From Caulobacteraceae bacterium (GTDB lineage Bacteria > Pseudomonadota > Alphaproteobacteria > Caulobacterales > Caulobacteraceae), in contig JANYFU010000076.1 of the NCBI GenBank assembly GCA_025359665.1, positions 1-52,054 of the forward strand: DNA of 52,054 nucleotides, in the 5' to 3' direction. This document shows, piece by piece, positions 48,249 through 52,054 of this stretch. A program made the position numbers and the translations under genes. Below the pieces are notes generated by a model. The model saw nothing but the letters and a program-made list of their open reading frames with translations, made no database searches and was not told where the DNA came from. Numbering within the stretch: the first letter of the stretch is position 1; the number at the start of each line of letters is the position of its first letter.

Positions 48249-48631
48249 CACACGTGGCCGGACGAAAACACCGTGTAGGCGACGCTCGCCACCGCTGCCG
48301 ACCCGTTGCTGAGGTTGGTCACGGTGATGGTCCCGGTCTTGGTTCCCGACATCGAATTGTCGATGATGAACCCCAGGGTGTCTCCGGCATGGACCGTGAA
48401 CGCCCCGGTGTAGAGGTTGAAGCCGCCGTTCAGATTGTAGAACAGCGTCCCGCCGCCGCTCTTGGCCAGCGAGATCGAGATCGCGGTGGTGATCCCCAGG
48501 ATGGCCGGCGTGTTGGTCGACCCGGTGTCGGTGTCATAGATCGCCACCCACGAAGGCGTCGGCGTGATCACCACCCCCGTTCCGCCGCCCGCGCCCGCCG
48601 CGCCGGCCAGGGCCATCAGGGCCCCGCTCAT
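48248..48631 (-). CDS. Small beta-rich tail-appendage protein
   Basis: Thr/Gly/Ser-rich 127 aa; TGATG coupling at both ends. Confidence 0.55.
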   Translation of the reverse strand: MSGALMALAGAAGAGGGTGVVITPTPSWVAIYDTDTGSTNTPAILGITTAISISLAKSGGGTLFYNLNGGFNLYTGAFTVHAGDTLGFIIDNSMSGTKTGTITVTNLSNGSAAVASVAYTVFSSGHV

Positions 48632-49425
48632 CAGGTGATCCCCACGCCGGAAACCACCCAGACGTTGGACGCATCCATGATCGCGGTGCACAGCGCGCCT
48701 TGCGCCAGGGCGATGCTGGCCACGCTGGCCACCGTTCCGGCCTTGTAGAACGTCACCCCGGCCCCGGGCGTCATCGTCACCACCCCGACGCCGACATTGC
48801 GGAACGAAATCGCCACCCCCACCGGATAGGCGACGCCGGCCACCGGCGGCAGGGTATAGACCGTCGCCGCCGCCGAATTGCAGCGCACCAGCTTGCCGGC
48901 GTCGGCCAGCACCGTGGTATAGGGCGTGGCGTCCTGTTCGTTGACCGGCAGGCCCAGATAGCCGCTGGAATTGGTCGCCAGGCTGCTGAACGCCAGCAGT
49001 GAATTGGTCAGGGTGTCGCCACCCTTGTTGGCCGGAACATAGCCCAGCGCCGCGGCGATACCGGTCCAGGCCGCCAGCTTGGCCGGGCTGACATAGACCC
49101 CCGTCGCCACCCCCGCGTTGACCTGGGCGGTCGTGGCCTCGAGGATATTGATGCTGACCGGATCGACATCGCGGATCACCGTCCCGCCACCGGTTTGCAG
49201 CTGCGCCCGATAGGTCACCGCCGGGTCCAGATAGATCGGCGCGAACAGCCCGCCGGCGTCCGCCACGACCGGATTGCTTAAGCCCACCGACAGGGCCGAC
49301 GACGTGTAGACGCTGGCCGGCGTCGTGGTTCCGGTCAGATAGAACTGCAGCAACGCCCCAGAAATCGGCGCGCCGCCGCTATCCACCGCCCGGATCACGG
49401 GCATGGCCAAGAGAGTGCCGGTCAT
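48631..49425 (-). CDS. Short tailspike/tail-fibre protein with podoviral particle-binding N-terminus
   Basis: DSGGAPISGALLQFYLTGTTTPASVY...NPVVADAGG N-terminal pattern; RBS AGGAG. Confidence 0.7.
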   Translation of the reverse strand: MTGTLLAMPVIRAVDSGGAPISGALLQFYLTGTTTPASVYTSSALSVGLSNPVVADAGGLFAPIYLDPAVTYRAQLQTGGGTVIRDVDPVSINILEATTAQVNAGVATGVYVSPAKLAAWTGIAAALGYVPANKGGDTLTNSLLAFSSLATNSSGYLGLPVNEQDATPYTTVLADAGKLVRCNSAAATVYTLPPVAGVAYPVGVAISFRNVGVGVVTMTPGAGVTFYKAGTVASVASIALAQGALCTAIMDASNVWVVSGVGIT

Positions 49426-49434
49426 TGAAGACTC

Positions 49435-49857
49435 CTAAGCTGTGATTGTCGCGCCGCTGGTCACGGCCACCCAGTGTCCGGCGGACCAGAACACCGGCGC
49501 GCCGGTCCCGGCTCCGGCGCCTTCGCCGGGCTTGCGGCCATCGCGCGCGTAGGCCCAGTCGCCTTCGCTGTTGCCACTCGCCGGCAGCGCCGAAACCACC
49601 GTCATGGCCCGATACAGCGAAACCGCGACGTTGCCGGTCAGGTCGCCGCCCGCGTGCAGCCCGCCCGCCGCCACCACCTGCGTCGCCTTTGGCGCCGCCG
49701 CCAGGGCCGCCGCGTGGGCCGCGTCGATCTTGTCGACCGACCCTCCGGCCTGCTGATGGCGCGCGGCCAGATGGGCCTGCCAGGGCCGGGTGATCACGCC
49801 GTTGGCGTCCACCACCGGCACATTGACCGGCGGCGCGGGAACGAAGGTCGCGGCCAT
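49435..49857 (-). CDS. Tail needle/plug-position protein (P22 gp26 position)
   Basis: PVVDANGVITRPW N-terminus; TAATG overlap with the gp10-like gene. Confidence 0.55.
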   Translation of the reverse strand: MAATFVPAPPVNVPVVDANGVITRPWQAHLAARHQQAGGSVDKIDAAHAAALAAAPKATQVVAAGGLHAGGDLTGNVAVSLYRAMTVVSALPASGNSEGDWAYARDGRKPGEGAGAGTGAPVFWSAGHWVAVTSGATITA

Positions 49858-51299
49858 TACTGCGCCGGCCGCGTGGCGTTCAGTTCCAGGTGGCTCCACA
49901 CCACATTGACCGGATCGGAACACCGCACCTCGACCAGCCTTCCGGGCGCGCGCATCTGGCCCAGTCTCTGCCAGAACACCCGCGTCTGGCTGGCGCCCCG
50001 CGCGCCCATGCCGGCCTTGAGCCAGTCGGAGAAATTCCTGCCCTGGTCGTCGCTGTAGCGCATCTCCACGACCGGATTTCCCCCCGGATCGACCGCGTTA
50101 CCCACCCCGACCACGCCGTGCGCGACCAGGTTGTTGCAGCGCGGCGTTCCGTCCTCGACCCTGACGAACGCGCTCGCCACCCGCGTCAGCGGGTCGGCTC
50201 CGTCGGCAAAGGCTCCCACGGTCATCGCCCACAGCGTCCCGGTCGCGTCGTCGCCGACATACGTGACGTCGCCCAGCACCGTGGCCACCTGGCCGCGGAA
50301 GTTGGCGCGGTTCCAGCTTTGCCATTCGGCCCACTCGCCGCGGTCGGCCTCGCGGATACCGATGCGCGAGGCGTCATACGCCCACGATCCGATGCCCGGA
50401 ATGTTCAGCAGATAGATCTCATGCCCCTCGAACGTCGCCGCCCAGGCGGTGATGCCCGCCACGTTGACGCATTGCCGCAGTTTGTCCTCGATGGAGGAGC
50501 TGGAGATCCGCGCCGGCGCGTTCGGCCCGGCGCGATACACCACCCGGTTGTCGGCCACCCAGAACAGCGAGTTGTCGACGAAGGCCACCGACCCCCGCGC
50601 CACGCACCCGCGCTGGAAACCCCGCCCGACCACCGGCTGGAACGGCGAAGCCGCGTCCGATGTCGTCTGCCAGAATTCGACCGACGCGGCGCCGAACAAC
50701 ACCAGCGCCTCGTCCAGCACCCCGACCGCCACGGTGGCGTCGGGCAGGCTCTCGGCGGTGGCGAAGTTCAGGCCGCCGACATTGGCCGCGTCGTTGATCT
50801 CCGAATAAAAGAACGTGTCCGACCCGGCGCACACATAGACGAAACGCCCGGTCAGATAGGCCACGTCCGACACCGGCGGCAGGACCGCGCTGACGATCGG
50901 CGCAAAGGTTGACCCGTTGAACAGATACGCCACGCCGCCTGCCGCCATCACCAGTTGCGAGCGGCTCTGGGCGAAGCGCACCAGGTCGGTCCCCGGAATC
51001 GCGCCCAGATTGGCCCCGGTGGCGGCGTCATAGGCGTTGGTCCCGCTGACCATGATCATCGATCCGCCAAAAATCGGCGGCGCCGCCGTCACGCCCCGCA
51101 CCGGCCCCGTGCCCCAGGCATGGGCGCTGACCAGGCCCGGTCGGCTGTAGTGAACCTCGCGCAACCCCTCGGCCGCGCGATAGGCCGCCTCTTCCCGCAG
51201 CGGCGTCGATTCCACGATCTGGTTGATCAGCCGCGCCGCCGGCAATCCGTTCGAGCGGTCGAAGCTGTCGGTAAGGAACGGCACGCGCAGTCCGGCCAT
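49857..51299 (-). CDS. P22 gp10-like packaged-DNA stabilisation (tail hub) protein
   Basis: FATAESLPD, LFGAASVEFW, RGC, SLFWV, RISSSSIE, YSDDQGRNFS, WQRLG; 480 aa. Confidence 0.82.
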   Translation of the reverse strand: MAGLRVPFLTDSFDRSNGLPAARLINQIVESTPLREEAAYRAAEGLREVHYSRPGLVSAHAWGTGPVRGVTAAPPIFGGSMIMVSGTNAYDAATGANLGAIPGTDLVRFAQSRSQLVMAAGGVAYLFNGSTFAPIVSAVLPPVSDVAYLTGRFVYVCAGSDTFFYSEINDAANVGGLNFATAESLPDATVAVGVLDEALVLFGAASVEFWQTTSDAASPFQPVVGRGFQRGCVARGSVAFVDNSLFWVADNRVVYRAGPNAPARISSSSIEDKLRQCVNVAGITAWAATFEGHEIYLLNIPGIGSWAYDASRIGIREADRGEWAEWQSWNRANFRGQVATVLGDVTYVGDDATGTLWAMTVGAFADGADPLTRVASAFVRVEDGTPRCNNLVAHGVVGVGNAVDPGGNPVVEMRYSDDQGRNFSDWLKAGMGARGASQTRVFWQRLGQMRAPGRLVEVRCSDPVNVVWSHLELNATRPAQ

Positions 51300-51301
51300 C
51301 G

Positions 51302-51979
51302 TCAGCCCCCCTGCGTCGGTTGCGCGGGCTGATAGAGCCCGATCGGGCCCTCGGGTTGCCCCCGCCCACGACGGCCGTACATCCGCGCCAGCACCGCCCG
51401 GCCTTCCAGATTGCCCGCCGAAACCTCCGGCGTCAGCTCGGCCGAGAACTCCGCCGCCATCACCACGGCCAGCATGTAGGGCATGTAGGCGATCACCGAA
51501 TCCGGGAACTCGATGGCCGATGACAGCGACGGGCTGTCGGCCTCCAGCACCCAGCCGCCGGTGTCGCCGCGAAACCACCACCGCGTATCGGCGCCGGCCG
51601 CCCCGACCACATAGTTTGACGCCGCCCCGTTGAGCAGCCGCCCGTTGCGGGCGATGGTCAGGTTGAAGCTGTTGAAGCTCAGGTTGGCGTCAACCGCCCC
51701 GAACCGCGCCCCGGCCCTGGGATTGCCCGGCGCCGTCAGGGTGAACGCCGCGCCGGTCGGGATCATGTATTCCCCGCCATTCTCGGCCTGGCCGGCGGTT
51801 CCGCTCAGCGGCGCCGGCGACAGCCGCGGCCCGATCAGCGTGCCCATCCACGCCCGCTTCATGGCGTTGAAGGCGATCAGGGCGGTGGCCGCGTCGTCGG
51901 CGTCGGGCGTCGCCCCGGCCGCCAGGCTTCCGAACAGGCGCAGCGTGCGGCGCACGACGCCGAGGACGGTGAGAGACAT
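51302..51979 (-). CDS. P22 gp4-like head-tail connector with an inserted beta domain
   Basis: Helical N-terminus (RRTLRLFGSL...DDAATALIAFNAMKRAW) and C-terminus (FP...YMLAVVMAAEF); directly upstream of the gp10-like gene; RBS AAGGA. Confidence 0.65.
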   Translation of the reverse strand: MSLTVLGVVRRTLRLFGSLAAGATPDADDAATALIAFNAMKRAWMGTLIGPRLSPAPLSGTAGQAENGGEYMIPTGAAFTLTAPGNPRAGARFGAVDANLSFNSFNLTIARNGRLLNGAASNYVVGAAGADTRWWFRGDTGGWVLEADSPSLSSAIEFPDSVIAYMPYMLAVVMAAEFSAELTPEVSAGNLEGRAVLARMYGRRGRGQPEGPIGLYQPAQPTQGG

Positions 51980-52012
51980 GGGTGATCCTTTCGGCCGAAC
52001 GGGCCGGCCGGA

Positions 52013-52054
52013 TCAGGCGCCCTTGTTCGGATTGATGGCGTGCGCGGCCTTGGA
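52013..52054 (-). CDS. 3' end of the next upstream gene of the module (truncated by the window)
   Basis: Reads ...SKAAHAINPNKGA-stop on the minus strand; too short to assign. Confidence 0.35.
   Translation of the reverse strand, partial: SKAAHAINPNKGA

Larger units (their letters stand above)
44502..52054 (-). mobile_element. P22-like (podoviral) tail and DNA-ejection gene module; prophage or domesticated phage-derived element, continues past the window
   Basis: Nine complete co-oriented ORFs with overlapping or near-adjacent stop/start codons in an order resembling P22 genes 4-10-26-14-7-20-16. Confidence 0.82.

Noticed and set aside
1-52054. CRISPR arrays, IS elements, rRNA, retron or reverse-transcriptase systems
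   Set aside because: No regularly spaced repeats, transposase, rRNA-like or reverse-transcriptase motifs were seen by eye; short or degenerate elements could have been missed.

Overview
High-GC alphaproteobacterial chromosome segment, most likely Caulobacteraceae (inferred from protein sequences and the sucCD-sucAB-lpdA-xerC-DUF484-priA ... CHAP ... DHS-like/decarboxylase-phnCDE gene order). Left end: a 5'-truncated TPR-CHAT caspase-like protease, a membrane LytTR regulator and a single-chain GH18/polysaccharide-deacetylase/GT2 enzyme. Core block: TCA genes, xerC and priA. Middle: a polyamine pair (deoxyhypusine-synthase-like plus PLP decarboxylase), phosphate-starvation genes (phnCDE, plcP-like, GT4), an RpoE-ChrR singlet-oxygen locus with two back-to-back sigmaE promoters and furan-fatty-acid-type genes, and tRNA-Ile2(CAT). 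The right ~7.5 kb is an intact, tightly coupled P22-like (podovirus) tail and DNA-ejection operon that ends 7 bp from a host MFS gene with no integrase, att site or lysis genes on this side. It is the best candidate for an undescribed system (a domesticated podoviral particle or gene transfer agent), but only its 3' half is visible, so an ordinary or decaying prophage cannot be excluded. All family assignments are by motif recognition by eye; no database searches were run.
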